This document shows, in pieces, positions 19,449 through 31,864 of a stretch of DNA of 43,242 bases (positions are counted from its first letter, which is position 1; every line of letters begins with the position of its first letter). The notes below the pieces were generated by a model, which ran no database searches, was not told the origin of the DNA, and saw nothing but the letters and a program-made list of their open reading frames with translations. The translations under genes were made by a program, and so were the position numbers. The stretch is from an uncultured Butyrivibrio sp. (GTDB lineage Bacteria; Bacillota; Clostridia; Lachnospirales; Lachnospiraceae), in the NCBI GenBank assembly GCA_946404845.1, contig CAMJFD010000001.1, positions 1-43,242 on the forward strand, given 5' to 3'.

Positions 19449-20474
19449 TTGCAACTAGACGATAGAAAGAGAAAAATATTGCATGCCATTGTCCGCAATT
19501 ATCTTGAAACTGGGGAGCCAGTTGGTAGCAGGACAATTTCAAAATATACCGATTTGAATCTCAGCTCTGCAACAATTCGAAATGAAATGGCAGACCTTGA
19601 AGAAATGGGACTGATAATGCAGCCACATACTTCAGCAGGAAGAATACCTTCAGATCAGGGCTACAGAGTGTATGTAGATGAGATTCTGGCTGAGAAGGAT
19701 TCAGAAGTTGAGCAGATGAAAGAAATGCTGCTTGATAAGGAAGAAAAGCTTGAGAATCTTCTCAAACAGGTAGCAAAGTACCTGGCAGTTGATACCAACT
19801 ATGCAACAATGATTTCTGCGCCTAAGATACAGCGGAATAAAATAAAGTTCATACAGGTATCAAGAGTCGATGATAACAACCTTTTGGCTACTATAGTAAT
19901 AGAAGGAAATGTTATCAAGAATAAAATGATAGCAGTAGATGATCCGCTTGATGATCCTAGCATATTGAAATTGAACATACTGCTTAATACAAGACTTGGC
20001 GGGCTTACAGCTGATGAAATTAACCTGGGACTTATAACAGCAGTCAAGCAGGAAGCGGGAATACATAGTGAGATTATTGGAAATGTTATAGACGCAGCAG
20101 CAGAAGTGATTGTTGCAGACGAAGACTTACAGATATACACAAGCGGAGCCAATAATATTTTTAAATATCCAGAGCTTGCGGATAAGGAAAATGCCAGCAG
20201 CCTGATAAATACCTTTGAAGAGAAAAAGGAACTTACTAGCCTTGTAGAAAATTCATTATCTACAGGCAATGAACATGGAATACAGGTTTATATAGGTGAT
20301 GAAGCTCCTATACAGGGTATGAAAGACTGTAGCGTAGTAACGGCTACATATGAATTGGGCGATGGAATGAAGGGTACATTTGGTGTAATTGGTCCTAAGA
20401 GAATGGATTACGACAAGGTAGTAAGTACTCTTAAGAATATGATGCATGCGCTCGACGACCTATATAAAAAATAG
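19449..20474 (+). CDS. hrcA: Heat-inducible transcription repressor
   Basis: EPVGSR, SSATIRNEMADLE, PHTSAGRIPS, GVIGPKRMDY; likely TTG start after AAAGGGGTG. Confidence 0.97.
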   Translation: MQLDDRKRKILHAIVRNYLETGEPVGSRTISKYTDLNLSSATIRNEMADLEEMGLIMQPHTSAGRIPSDQGYRVYVDEILAEKDSEVEQMKEMLLDKEEKLENLLKQVAKYLAVDTNYATMISAPKIQRNKIKFIQVSRVDDNNLLATIVIEGNVIKNKMIAVDDPLDDPSILKLNILLNTRLGGLTADEINLGLITAVKQEAGIHSEIIGNVIDAAAEVIVADEDLQIYTSGANNIFKYPELADKENASSLINTFEEKKELTSLVENSLSTGNEHGIQVYIGDEAPIQGMKDCSVVTATYELGDGMKGTFGVIGPKRMDYDKVVSTLKNMMHALDDLYKK

Positions 20475-20524
20475 GATAAATATAGATAGTAACTTAAAAA
20501 TGTAATATAGAAAGGAAGATAGCA

Positions 20525-21154
20525 TTGAGCAAGAAGGAAAAGGAAATCCTCGAAGAAGAGCTTGAAAAGGATACAGAAGTGGCTCAGGAAGAAGCTGAAG
20601 CTACAACTGATACTCCTGATTCTGAAGAGCAGACAGAGGAAAATAAAACTGAGGCAGATGCTGAAGACAAAGAGGAATCTGGTAAAAAGGGCCTGTTTGG
20701 TAAGAAAGATAAAAAAGATCCACTGAAAGCTAAAGTAGAAGAGCTTCAGGATAAATATATGAGACAGGTTGCTGAGTTTGATAATTTCAGAAAGAGAACT
20801 GATAAAGAAAAAGCTCAGATGTTCAGTCAGGGAGAAGCAAGCGTTCTTGAAAAAATGCTTCCTATCCTGGATAACTTCGAACGTGGACTTGCGACAACAC
20901 CAGAAGATGAAAGTTCTAAGGCATTTGTTGATGGTATGAACATGATTTACAAGCAGTTTGTAAAACAGCTTGAAGACCTTGGTGTAACACCAATTGAAGC
21001 AGTAGGTAAGGAATTTGATCCAAACCTTCACAATGCAGTAATGCAGGTTGAGAGTGAAGAAGTTGAAGAAGGCTATGTAGCTCAGGAATTACAAAAAGGT
21101 TACATGCACCATGATACAGTTTTAAGACACAGCATGGTAGCAGTTGCAAAATAA
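20525..21154 (+). CDS. grpE: Nucleotide exchange factor GrpE
   Basis: AEFDNFRKR, LPILDNFERG, FDPNLHNAV, QKGY...LRHSMVAV. Confidence 0.97.
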   Translation: MSKKEKEILEEELEKDTEVAQEEAEATTDTPDSEEQTEENKTEADAEDKEESGKKGLFGKKDKKDPLKAKVEELQDKYMRQVAEFDNFRKRTDKEKAQMFSQGEASVLEKMLPILDNFERGLATTPEDESSKAFVDGMNMIYKQFVKQLEDLGVTPIEAVGKEFDPNLHNAVMQVESEEVEEGYVAQELQKGYMHHDTVLRHSMVAVAK

Positions 21155-21218
21155 TGATCCGGGCGTAAATATCAGACGCTTTAATCATAATAAATAGTAA
21201 ATAATATTCATTTGATAG

Positions 21219-23117
<1,899 letters not shown>

Positions 23118-23187
23118 TTACAACATATAGCTTCACTGGATAATAGATTTAAGGACTAAAATATAAATTTTTATTATAATTTAATTG

Positions 23188-23229
23188 CTAAAAGCCCAGT
23201 ACATGTTATATAGTGTATTGGGCGTTTAG
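23188..23229 (+). terminator. Intergenic stem-loop between dnaK and dnaJ (partial terminator or mRNA stabiliser)
   Basis: CTAAA-GCCCAGTACA...TGTATTGGGC-TTTAG; only a short U tail. Confidence 0.55.
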
Positions 23230-23320
23230 TGATATATAGACTAAACTGATTAAAAATATTCGTATAGATAGAATTTAAAATAGAACAAACCCGGTAAATA
23301 TATATCGATAGAGGATAGAA

Positions 23321-24511
23321 ATGGCAGAGCAGAAAAGAGATTACTATGAAGTGCTTGGAGTTAACAAGGGCGCTTCTGAAGACGAGATAAAAAAAGCATA
23401 TAGAGTACTGGCAAAGAAATATCACCCAGATATGAACCCTGGTGATCAGGCCGCAGCTGATAAGTTTAAGGAAGCATCAGAGGCATATGCCGTTCTTAGT
23501 GATCCTGAAAAGAGAAGACAGTATGATCAGTTCGGACATGCTGCATTCGATGGTGGTGCCGGAGGATTTGGCGCTGGTGGATTTGATTTCAATGGTGCTG
23601 ACTTTGGAGATATATTCGGAGATATATTTGGAGACTTCTTTGGTGGTGGCAGACGAGGCGGAGCTTCTAGAAGCGGTCCATCAAAAGGAGCTAATATCAG
23701 AGCAAGCGTACGTATCACATTCCTTGAAGCAGTATTTGGATGTGAAAAGGAGCTGGAGCTCACACTTAAAGATCCATGTCCTACATGTCATGGAACTGGA
23801 GCAAAGCCTGGTACAACATCTGAGACATGTCCTAAGTGTGGTGGTAAAGGACAGGTTGTATTTACACAACAGTCATTCTTTGGAACTGTTAGAAATGTTC
23901 AGTCTTGTCCAGAATGTGGCGGAAGCGGTAAGGTAATCAAGGATAAGTGTCCAGACTGCCGTGGAACAGGATATATTGCAAGTAGAAAGAAAATTCAGGT
24001 TTCAATACCTGCAGGTATAGATAACGGACAGAGCGTCAGAATCAGAGAAAAAGGTGAGCCAGGAATAAATGGCGGTCCAAGAGGAGATCTTCTTGTAGAA
24101 GTAATCGTATCAGATCATCCAATATTCCAGAGACAGGATTATCATATATTCTCAACAGTGCCAGTATCATTTGCTGTTGCAGCACTTGGTGGTGACATCG
24201 TAATAGATACAGTTGATGGAAAGGTAATTTATAATGTTAAGGCCGGAACACCAACAGATACCAGAGTAAGACTTAAAGGTAAGGGTGTACCTTCACTTAG
24301 AGATAAAGATGTTCGTGGCGATCATTATGTAACACTTGTGGTACAGGTACCAGACAAGCTGTCTAAAGAAGCTAAAGATCTTCTGAAACAGTTTGATGAA
24401 AAGACAGGTGATTCCCTTAATGCTGCAGCAAGAGTTTCAGATGCAGCTAAGGATAGTGATGATGATAAGCCCAAGGGCAAAAAAGGTAAAAAGAAGAAAT
24501 TCTGGGAATAA
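23321..24511 (+). CDS. dnaJ: Chaperone DnaJ
   Basis: J domain with HPD, G/F-rich region, four CxxCxGxG repeats. Confidence 0.99.
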   Translation: MAEQKRDYYEVLGVNKGASEDEIKKAYRVLAKKYHPDMNPGDQAAADKFKEASEAYAVLSDPEKRRQYDQFGHAAFDGGAGGFGAGGFDFNGADFGDIFGDIFGDFFGGGRRGGASRSGPSKGANIRASVRITFLEAVFGCEKELELTLKDPCPTCHGTGAKPGTTSETCPKCGGKGQVVFTQQSFFGTVRNVQSCPECGGSGKVIKDKCPDCRGTGYIASRKKIQVSIPAGIDNGQSVRIREKGEPGINGGPRGDLLVEVIVSDHPIFQRQDYHIFSTVPVSFAVAALGGDIVIDTVDGKVIYNVKAGTPTDTRVRLKGKGVPSLRDKDVRGDHYVTLVVQVPDKLSKEAKDLLKQFDEKTGDSLNAAARVSDAAKDSDDDKPKGKKGKKKKFWE

Positions 24512-24539
24512 TTAACATAGATTTTAAACTTGAAAATTA

Positions 24540-24594
24540 TAGTTCAACCTTGAAAAAAGTAGTGTTTTCAGGGTTGAACTAATTTGCGTTTTTT
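24540..24594 (+). terminator. Intrinsic terminator after dnaJ
   Basis: TAGTTCAACCTTGAAAA/TTTTCAGGGTTGAACTA stem, then an interrupted T-rich tail. Confidence 0.7.
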
Positions 24595-24633
24595 GAAAAA
24601 ATCATAAATAGCACGATAGAATGGAGAAATTAT

Positions 24634-25671
24634 ATGAAGTGGATGAGGTTTAGGATTAGAACTAATGAAGAATCAGAGGATATAATTGTCAGCAGTATGA
24701 CAGATATAGGCCTTGAAGGTGCTCAGATTGAAGACAATGCACCACTTACAGCTGCCGACAAAGAGCAGATGTTTGTTGATGATGCACCTGAACTTCAGCC
24801 AGATAATTTGCCAGATATCGAAGCAGGAGTAGCTTACCTTAGCTTTTTTGTAGAGATTGATGATGATAATAATCTCACGGTAGAAGAGTATGATGAAAAC
24901 GGAGATCTTCAGAAGGTTAAGCGTACACCAGAGGAAATGAAGAAGAATATCAGAGAAGTTCTTGATGAACTTAAGACTTTTTCTGATATAGGAGATGGAA
25001 CAATATCTGTAGATGTTACAGAAGATATAGACTGGATCAATAACTGGAAGCAGTACTTCCATAAGTTCTTTGTAGATGATGTACTTGTTATTCCTTCCTG
25101 GGAGAAGGTAAGTGATGAAGATGCTGCCAAGGCCAATATGATACTTCATATAGATCCAGGTACAGCATTTGGTACAGGTATGCACGAGACAACACAGCTG
25201 TGCATCAGAATGCTGAGAAAATATATACAGCCAGGAGCCAAGATTCTTGACGTTGGTACAGGAAGCGGTGTATTATCTATCCTCTCAATTATGTTTGGAG
25301 CAGACAGCGCTGTTGGTACAGATCTTGATCCATGCTGCATACCAGCTACACAGGAGAACCTTGAATCTAATAATATCGACAAGGACAAATATAAGCTCAT
25401 AATCGGTAATATTATTGATGACAAAAAGGTTCAGGACGAGGTTGGATATGAGCAGTATGATATAGTTGTTGCCAATATTCTTGCGAATGTACTTGTACCT
25501 CTTTCACCAGAGGTTAAGAGTCATCTTAAGAAGGGCGGAGTATATATCACTTCAGGAATAATTGATACCAAGGAAGAAGAAGTTAAAAAGGCTCATGAAG
25601 ATGCCGGATTTGAAATTCAGGAAATTCACCATCAGGGTGACTGGGTATCAATTACATCAATTAAGAAATAA
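24634..25671 (+). CDS. prmA: Ribosomal protein L11 methyltransferase
   Basis: DWINNWKQYF, DPGTAFGTGMHETT, LDVGTGSG, VVANILA. Confidence 0.96.
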   Translation: MKWMRFRIRTNEESEDIIVSSMTDIGLEGAQIEDNAPLTAADKEQMFVDDAPELQPDNLPDIEAGVAYLSFFVEIDDDNNLTVEEYDENGDLQKVKRTPEEMKKNIREVLDELKTFSDIGDGTISVDVTEDIDWINNWKQYFHKFFVDDVLVIPSWEKVSDEDAAKANMILHIDPGTAFGTGMHETTQLCIRMLRKYIQPGAKILDVGTGSGVLSILSIMFGADSAVGTDLDPCCIPATQENLESNNIDKDKYKLIIGNIIDDKKVQDEVGYEQYDIVVANILANVLVPLSPEVKSHLKKGGVYITSGIIDTKEEEVKKAHEDAGFEIQEIHHQGDWVSITSIKK

Positions 25672-25703
25672 TAGTATTACATCATTTAAGGATGGAGAAA
25701 GAG

Positions 25704-26456
25704 ATGTTCCATTTTTTTGTAGATAGCGCGCAGATATCCCTTGATTCTAAGGTACTAGAAATCGACGGTTCAGATTATAACCACATTGCAAACGTACTCA
25801 GGATGAAGGTGGGCGAAGAGATTTCTGTCAGCACAAGGGACGGAGATCCAAGAGAATATAGATACGGAATAGAAGAAATAACAGAAGATAAGGTTATATG
25901 TAAACTCAGATTTATCAAGGAGGACGGCGTTGAACTGCCATCTAAGATATATCTGTTCCAGGGACTGCCTAAGGCTGATAAGATGGAACTCATCATTCAG
26001 AAGGCAGTAGAACTGGGTGCATATGCTGTAATTCCGGTTTCAACCAAGAGAGCAATAGTAAGGCTTGATGAAAAAAAGGCTGCCAAGAAGATAGAGAGAT
26101 GGCAGGCTATTTCTGAGTCAGCTGCAAAGCAGAGTAAGAGAGGAATCATTCCAGAAGTTATGATGCCTATGACTTACAAGAATGCGATTCAGTATGCACA
26201 AAACCTTGATATTAAGCTGATTCCATATGAAATGGCCAAGGATATGTCTCATACAAGGCAGCTTATAGACAGTATTGAACCAGGTAAGAGCGTAGGTATA
26301 TTCATAGGCCCTGAGGGCGGATTTGATGATGCTGAGATTCAGTATGCCATGGAGAATGGTGTAGAACCAGTTACTCTTGGTAAGAGAATACTTAGAACAG
26401 AGACAGCTGGATTTACAATTATATCCTGGCTGATGTATCATTTGGAACGAGACTAA
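25704..26456 (+). CDS. rsmE: 16S rRNA m3U1498 methyltransferase
   Basis: HIANVLRM, QKAVELG, IGPEGGF, LGKRILRTETA; ATG 25704 follows GGAG (alternative start 25692). Confidence 0.96.
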   Translation: MFHFFVDSAQISLDSKVLEIDGSDYNHIANVLRMKVGEEISVSTRDGDPREYRYGIEEITEDKVICKLRFIKEDGVELPSKIYLFQGLPKADKMELIIQKAVELGAYAVIPVSTKRAIVRLDEKKAAKKIERWQAISESAAKQSKRGIIPEVMMPMTYKNAIQYAQNLDIKLIPYEMAKDMSHTRQLIDSIEPGKSVGIFIGPEGGFDDAEIQYAMENGVEPVTLGKRILRTETAGFTIISWLMYHLERD

Positions 26457-26478
26457 TAAATAGAAATAAGGAATTGAA

Positions 26479-27636
26479 ATGGAAGCATATTTAGATAATT
26501 CAGCAACAACAATGGCACATAAGGAAGTTGCTGAGATGTGTGTAAAGGTTATGACTGAGGATTATGGTAATCCTTCAAGTCTTCATCATAAGGGCGTAGT
26601 AGCAGAAGATTATATCAAAAAGGCCAAAGAAGCTATAGCTAAGACTATTAGAGCTGAAGCTAGAGAAATCTTTTTTACATCGGGCGGAACAGAGTCTGAT
26701 AACATGGCGATAATCGGTGTTGCAAGAGCCTGCAACAGAAGCGGTAAGCATCTCATAACTACAACTGTAGAACATCCTGCAGTTCTTGAGACTATGAAAT
26801 ACCTTGAAAAAGAGGGCTTTGAGGTAACATACCTTGGAGTAGATGAAAACGGACAGATAAGTCTTGAGGAGCTAAAGAATGCAATCAGACCAGATACAAC
26901 GCTTGTATCTATAATGATGGTCAATAATGAAATTGGAGCACTAGAGCCAATAGAAGAGGCCGGCAAGCTGATTAAAGAAGTCAATCCTAAAACATTATTC
27001 CATGTAGATGCAGTACAGGGATATGGCAAGGTTATGATCAATGTCAGAAATATGAAGATAGATCTGATGTCAGTAAGTGGTCATAAAATACATGGTCCAA
27101 AGGGTATAGGAATTTTATATATCAAAAATGGTACAAAGATTGTTCCTATAAATTATGGTGGAGGCCAGCAGAAAGGTATGCGCTCTGGAACGGAAAATGT
27201 TCCTGGAATTGCAGGTATAGGACTTGCAGCAGAAAAGGCATATGCTGATTTTGAAAATGATATTAACAGACTCTATGAACTCAAAGAGTATTTTATAAAG
27301 ACAGCCAGTGAAAAACTTACAGATATTAGCTTTAACGGACTTACAGGAAGAGACAGTGCTCCACATATTATCAGCATGTCCGTAAGCGGAGTAAGGGCAG
27401 AAGTACTGCTTCATGCATTGGAAGAAAAGAAGATATATGTTTCTTCTGGAAGTGCCTGTGCATCTAATAATCCACATGTAAGTGCGACACTTAAGGGCAT
27501 TGGCGTAGACGAGTCACTTCTTGATTCTACAATCAGAATCAGTATGTCTACATATACAACCAAAGATGAATTAGACTATACAATAGATTCACTTTGTGAT
27601 ATTGTTGGTTTACTTCGTCGTTTTAGCAGACGTTAA
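26479..27636 (+). CDS. iscS: Cysteine desulfurase (IscS/NifZ-type, ThiI partner)
   Basis: YLDNSATT, GNPSSLH, HVDAVQ, SGHKIHGPKG, catalytic SSGSAC. Confidence 0.93.
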   Translation: MEAYLDNSATTMAHKEVAEMCVKVMTEDYGNPSSLHHKGVVAEDYIKKAKEAIAKTIRAEAREIFFTSGGTESDNMAIIGVARACNRSGKHLITTTVEHPAVLETMKYLEKEGFEVTYLGVDENGQISLEELKNAIRPDTTLVSIMMVNNEIGALEPIEEAGKLIKEVNPKTLFHVDAVQGYGKVMINVRNMKIDLMSVSGHKIHGPKGIGILYIKNGTKIVPINYGGGQQKGMRSGTENVPGIAGIGLAAEKAYADFENDINRLYELKEYFIKTASEKLTDISFNGLTGRDSAPHIISMSVSGVRAEVLLHALEEKKIYVSSGSACASNNPHVSATLKGIGVDESLLDSTIRISMSTYTTKDELDYTIDSLCDIVGLLRRFSRR

Positions 27637-27684
27637 AAAATACAGTAATAAACGTTTTATATAATAAGAGAAGATAGGTGAAAA

Positions 27685-28884
27685 ATGGAATATCAGACAT
27701 TTGTGTTAAAATATGCAGAAATAGGAATTAAAGGAAAGAATAGATACTTTTTTGAGGACAAGCTTGTAAAGCAGATTGAGAGAGTACTTAAAAATGTTCA
27801 GGGTGAGTTCAAAATCACAAAGGTAGCAGGTAGAATTTATCTGGCTGCAGATAATTACGATTTTGATGAGACTATAGCTGCACTCCAAACAGTATTTGGT
27901 ATTACAGGAATCTGTCCTGCAGTATCTATTGAAAGAGATGGAGACAGTAATCTCCCAGATTATGAGCACCTTTCAAAAGCTGTTGTTAAGTTCATGGATG
28001 AAGTATATCCAGACAAGAACAAGACATTCAAGGTTAAGGTTCGTCGTGTAGACAAGACATATCCTAAGGATTCTATGGAACTTGGAAGAGACCTTGGAGC
28101 GGATATCAAAGAGACATTTGGTATGGAAGTAGATGTTCATAATCCTGATATCTTATTAAATGTTGAGCTCAGAGAAAAGGTTAATATCTTCTCAGAGATT
28201 ATTCCAGGACCAGGAGGAATGCCACTAGGATCAGCTGGTAAGGCTATGCTGCTCTTATCTGGTGGTATAGATTCACCTGTTGCAGGATATATGATTGCTA
28301 AGCGTGGTGTAGAAATTGAAGCTGTTTATTTTAATGCTCCACCATATACAAGTGAGAGAGCAAAGCAGAAGGTTATTGATCTTGCAGGTGTTATTGCCAA
28401 GTATACAGGTAAGGTCAAACTGCATATTATTAACTTTACAGATATTCAGATGTATATATATGAGAAGTGCCCACATGAGGAACTTACAATCATAATGAGA
28501 AGATACATGATGAAGATAGCAGAAATGCTTGGAGTAGAGGCTGGATGTCAGGGACTTGTAACTGGAGAGAGTATTGGACAGGTTGCATCACAGACAATTG
28601 AAAGTCTTCTTACAACAAATGAAGTTGTAACTAAGATGCCAGTATATAGGCCACTTATCGCTTTTGATAAACAGGATATTGTAGATATCTCACTTAAGAT
28701 TGATGCTTATGAGACATCTATTCTTCCATATGAAGACTGCTGCACAATATTTGTAGCCAAGCATCCTGTAACAAAGCCTAAGCTTGAAGTTATCAAAAAG
28801 CATGAGCTGAATCTGTCAGAGAAGATTGATGAAATGGTTCAGACAGCTATTGATACTGATGAAATAGTAGTTGTTGAGAGATAA
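27685..28884 (+). CDS. thiI: tRNA 4-thiouridine(8) synthase
   Basis: EIGIKGKNR, THUMP domain, PP-loop LLSGGIDSPVA, GESIGQVASQT, EDCC. Confidence 0.96.
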   Translation: MEYQTFVLKYAEIGIKGKNRYFFEDKLVKQIERVLKNVQGEFKITKVAGRIYLAADNYDFDETIAALQTVFGITGICPAVSIERDGDSNLPDYEHLSKAVVKFMDEVYPDKNKTFKVKVRRVDKTYPKDSMELGRDLGADIKETFGMEVDVHNPDILLNVELREKVNIFSEIIPGPGGMPLGSAGKAMLLLSGGIDSPVAGYMIAKRGVEIEAVYFNAPPYTSERAKQKVIDLAGVIAKYTGKVKLHIINFTDIQMYIYEKCPHEELTIIMRRYMMKIAEMLGVEAGCQGLVTGESIGQVASQTIESLLTTNEVVTKMPVYRPLIAFDKQDIVDISLKIDAYETSILPYEDCCTIFVAKHPVTKPKLEVIKKHELNLSEKIDEMVQTAIDTDEIVVVER

Positions 28885-29010
28885 ATAATAAGTTTCAGAT
28901 TTAGTAAGGTGTTATAACAAACTTTTTGGCTGATATTTATATGATTTTTAGATTAGAGATTTTTTAAAAGATTATTTGTATTTTTGATTTTAGGTAGTAA
29001 AAATGAGCAG

Positions 29011-29047
29011 AAAAATACCCTGATTCGTCTAGGCGAATTCAGGGTAT
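29011..29047 (-). terminator. Terminator of the HPr-like gene
   Basis: ATACCCTGA...TCAGGGTAT stem with inner TTCG/CGAA pairing; U5 tail on the minus strand. Confidence 0.7.
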
Positions 29048-29065
29048 GTAAATTCATTAAAATCC

Positions 29066-29088
29066 CACATAGTGCCTGGCACTATGTG
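29066..29088. repeat. Perfect 11-1-11 palindrome
   Basis: CACATAGTGCC-T-GGCACTATGTG. Confidence 0.85.
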
Positions 29089-29114
29089 TGCATACACGTC
29101 GTTGGTGTTTACTC

Positions 29115-29345
29115 TCAGACGATGTATGGCTTGAGTACGTTAAGAACTTCTTCTGCGCCATCTTCTGCATGGATGTTTAAGTCGATTGGCTTAGAAAGAT
29201 CCAATGAGAAAATACCCATAATGGACTTAGCGTCAATTACGTATCTGCCTGATACGAGGTCAAAGTCATAATCAAATTTTGTAATATCATTTACAAATGA
29301 CTTTACCTTATCGATTGAGTTTAAAGAAATTTTTACTGTCTTCAT
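29115..29345 (-). CDS. HPr-family protein lacking the His15 phosphocarrier motif (Crh-like)
   Basis: 76 aa; DAKSIMGI (Ser46 motif) present, GLHARPA absent; AAGGAGGT RBS before ATG 29345. Confidence 0.85.
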   Translation of the reverse strand: MKTVKISLNSIDKVKSFVNDITKFDYDFDLVSGRYVIDAKSIMGIFSLDLSKPIDLNIHAEDGAEEVLNVLKPYIV

Positions 29346-29372
29346 TGAGCAAATACCTCCTTCTTTAAATTT

Positions 29373-29401
29373 ATAGTATACGTCAGACAATTAAAAGTCA
29401 A
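29373..29401 (-). promoter_or_regulatory. Sigma-A promoter of the HPr-like gene
   Basis: Minus strand TTGACT-17 bp-TACTAT. Confidence 0.6.
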
Positions 29402-29434
29402 TGATAAAAGGACACAAAAAAATAGAGGATTCAT

Positions 29435-30805
29435 ATGAAAACTGTCGCATTACATAACCTTGGCTGCAAGGTAAATGGGTACGAAATGGACGTTATGTGT
29501 CAAAAGTTACAACAAAACGGATATAATATTGTACCATTTGATGATATAGCAGATATTTATATTATAAATACTTGTACAGTAACAAATATAGCAGATAGAA
29601 AAAGTAGACAAATGTTGCATAGAGCCAAAAAGGAAAATCCAAATGCAATAGTTATTGCAGTAGGCTGCTATGTAGAAACAGCAAAGGATAACGTCAGTGT
29701 AGATGACGCAATAGATCTTGCTGTTGGTAATAACAAAAAAGGACAAATTGTTGAAATCATAGAAGAGTTCCTGAGACAGAAAGGTCTTATGGGAGATGAT
29801 CAAAAACCAGATAAGACTCTTGATGGAATGTCTATGGTAGACATCAATCATACTAATGAATATGAGCAGATGCAGCTGGGAGAACTCCCAGATCATACAA
29901 GGGCTTATATTAAGATCCAGGATGGATGTAACCAGTTCTGTACATACTGTATCATACCTTTTGCCAGAGGCCGTGTCAGATCAAGACTTCAGGGCGATGT
30001 TATGACAGAGATCATGCAGCTAGCCAAAGAGGGCTGTAAGGAAGTAGTACTTACAGGTATTCATATCGGATCATATGGCCTTGACAGAGGCGGTTCAGAG
30101 CTACTTGAACTCATCAAGAAAATCCATATGATTACTGGAATAGAGCGTATAAGACTTGGTTCCCTTGAACCTAGAATTATTACTAAAGAGTTTGCAGAAG
30201 GAATCGCAGCGCTTCCTAAGGTATGTCCTCATTTTCATTTATCACTTCAGAGCGGATGTGACGCAACTCTTAAGAGAATGAACAGACACTATGACTGTCG
30301 CGAATTCGAAGAAGGCGTTAATATGCTGAGAAGAGTTTATGACAGACCAGCTATTACAACTGATGTAATCGTAGGATTCCCTGGCGAGACAGAAGATGAA
30401 TTCAAGGAAACTGTAGAATTTCTTGAGAGAATCAATTTCTATGAGATGCATGTTTTCAAGTATTCCAAGAGACATGGTACTGTTGCTGAGAAGATGCCAG
30501 ATCAGCTGACTGAGAAGGAAAAGGCAGCCAGAAGTGATGTGCTTCTTGAGATGACCAAGAGACAGTCAAAGGCTTACAGAGATACATTTATAGATCAGGA
30601 TGAAGATGTTCTGTGGGAGGATGAAGAGGAAACTGATGGAATCAGTTACCTTGTAGGACACACCAAGAGATACGTCAAGGTCGGAATGCCAGCTGATGAG
30701 GCTAAGGCTAAGGGTATAAAGTCAGGAGACATAACAGATGTACATCTTGGAGATTACATAAATGTTGATACATTGCGAACTTTTGACAATTATAGTATGA
30801 TGTAA
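29435..30805 (+). CDS. mtaB: tRNA t6A37 methylthiotransferase
   Basis: LGCKVN, NTCTVT, radical-SAM GCNQFCTYC, HFHLSLQSG, IVGFPGET, HVFKYS. Confidence 0.93.
   Translation: MKTVALHNLGCKVNGYEMDVMCQKLQQNGYNIVPFDDIADIYIINTCTVTNIADRKSRQMLHRAKKENPNAIVIAVGCYVETAKDNVSVDDAIDLAVGNNKKGQIVEIIEEFLRQKGLMGDDQKPDKTLDGMSMVDINHTNEYEQMQLGELPDHTRAYIKIQDGCNQFCTYCIIPFARGRVRSRLQGDVMTEIMQLAKEGCKEVVLTGIHIGSYGLDRGGSELLELIKKIHMITGIERIRLGSLEPRIITKEFAEGIAALPKVCPHFHLSLQSGCDATLKRMNRHYDCREFEEGVNMLRRVYDRPAITTDVIVGFPGETEDEFKETVEFLERINFYEMHVFKYSKRHGTVAEKMPDQLTEKEKAARSDVLLEMTKRQSKAYRDTFIDQDEDVLWEDEEETDGISYLVGHTKRYVKVGMPADEAKAKGIKSGDITDVHLGDYINVDTLRTFDNYSMM
30773..30801 (+). promoter_or_regulatory. Putative promoter in the mtaB 3' end for the downstream operon
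   Basis: TTGCGA-17 bp-TATGAT; an overlapping TTGACA(30783)-18-TAATAT is also possible. Confidence 0.5.
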
Positions 30806-30851
30806 TTAATATTTTTCGAAAAATTCGTTATAAGAAGGGAAACTGTGGATT

Positions 30852-31127
30852 ATGGCAGATCAGGATTTAGGAAACACACAATTTTTTAAGGTTGAAATTG
30901 AGCCTGAAACAGGCGTAAAAAAGGTACTGTCTGTAGTATATGAAGCACTTCTTGAAAAAGGGTATAATCCGGTAAACCAGATAGTTGGATATATTATGTC
31001 TGGTGACCCAACTTATATAACAAGCCATAAGGGCGCAAGAAGCCTTATTATGAAGGTTGAGCGAGATGAACTTGTTGAAGAGATGCTTACAGAATATATC
31101 AGAACAAACAATTGGAAAAATAAGTAA
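30852..31127 (+). CDS. IreB/ReoM family regulatory phosphoprotein (DUF965)
   Basis: NTQFF phospho-Thr region, [27 protein letters not shown]. Confidence 0.93.
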   Translation: MADQDLGNTQFFKVEIEPETGVKKVLSVVYEALLEKGYNPVNQIVGYIMSGDPTYITSHKGARSLIMKVERDELVEEMLTEYIRTNNWKNK

Positions 31128-31129
31128 AA

Positions 31130-31552
31130 ATGAGAATTATGGGACTTGATTACGGCTCTAAGACAGTTGGAGTCGCAATCAGCGATACACTTCTTTTGAC
31201 TGCACAGGCAAAAGAAATAATCAGAAGAAAAGAAGAGAATAAACTTCGTAGGACACTGGCGAGAATAGAGGAACTGATTCAGGAGTATGAGGTAGAGCAG
31301 ATAGTACTTGGTTTACCACTAAACATGGATCAGTCCGTTAGTGTGCGTTCAGAACTATCACTTGAATTTAAGGATATGATAGAACGCAGGACAGGTGTGC
31401 CTGTAACAATGTGGGATGAGAGACTTACAACAGTAGAAGCAGATGAGATAATGGATGAAGTAGGTATTCCTAAAAAAGACCACAAAAAATATGTAGATAT
31501 GATTGCAGCCCAGATAATCCTTCAGGATTACTTGGATAATAGAGATAAATAA
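31130..31552 (+). CDS. ruvX: Holliday junction resolvase-like RuvX/YqgF (pre-16S rRNA nuclease)
   Basis: [41 protein letters not shown]. Confidence 0.95.
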   Translation: MRIMGLDYGSKTVGVAISDTLLLTAQAKEIIRRKEENKLRRTLARIEELIQEYEVEQIVLGLPLNMDQSVSVRSELSLEFKDMIERRTGVPVTMWDERLTTVEADEIMDEVGIPKKDHKKYVDMIAAQIILQDYLDNRDK

Positions 31553-31600
31553 GATAATATAAACATTAATTTATTGTTTTTTATATAGAGAGGAATAACC

Positions 31601-31864
31601 TTGGAAAAAATCACTTTCAGCCCAGACGGAGACGAAGCAGTAGATTTTTACGTGCTTGAGCAGACCGTTATTGGTGCAAAAACTTATATTTTGGTAACTG
31701 ATGCTGAGGATGGAGATGGAGAAGCGCTTATACTGCGTGATGATTCCAGCAAAGATTCTCAGGATGCTATATATACAATTGTTGACGATGACAATGAATT
31801 GGAAGCAGTAGCTATGGTATTTAAGAAGCTACTCGATGAAGAGGGAATTGGACTTGATCTCTAA
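31601..31864 (+). CDS. DUF1292 family protein
   Basis: Small acidic protein, FYVL...YILV...IVDDDNELEAV; usual position after ruvX; TTG start after GAGG. Confidence 0.8.
   Translation: MEKITFSPDGDEAVDFYVLEQTVIGAKTYILVTDAEDGDGEALILRDDSSKDSQDAIYTIVDDDNELEAVAMVFKKLLDEEGIGLDL

Noticed and set aside
20408-21031. 207-aa antisense ORF over grpE
   Set aside because: Reverse-frame artefact of Glu/Lys-rich codons.
28885-28995. Repeated GATTT motifs downstream of thiI (possible array)
   Set aside because: Irregular spacing and low complexity; no constant repeat-spacer structure, not CRISPR.
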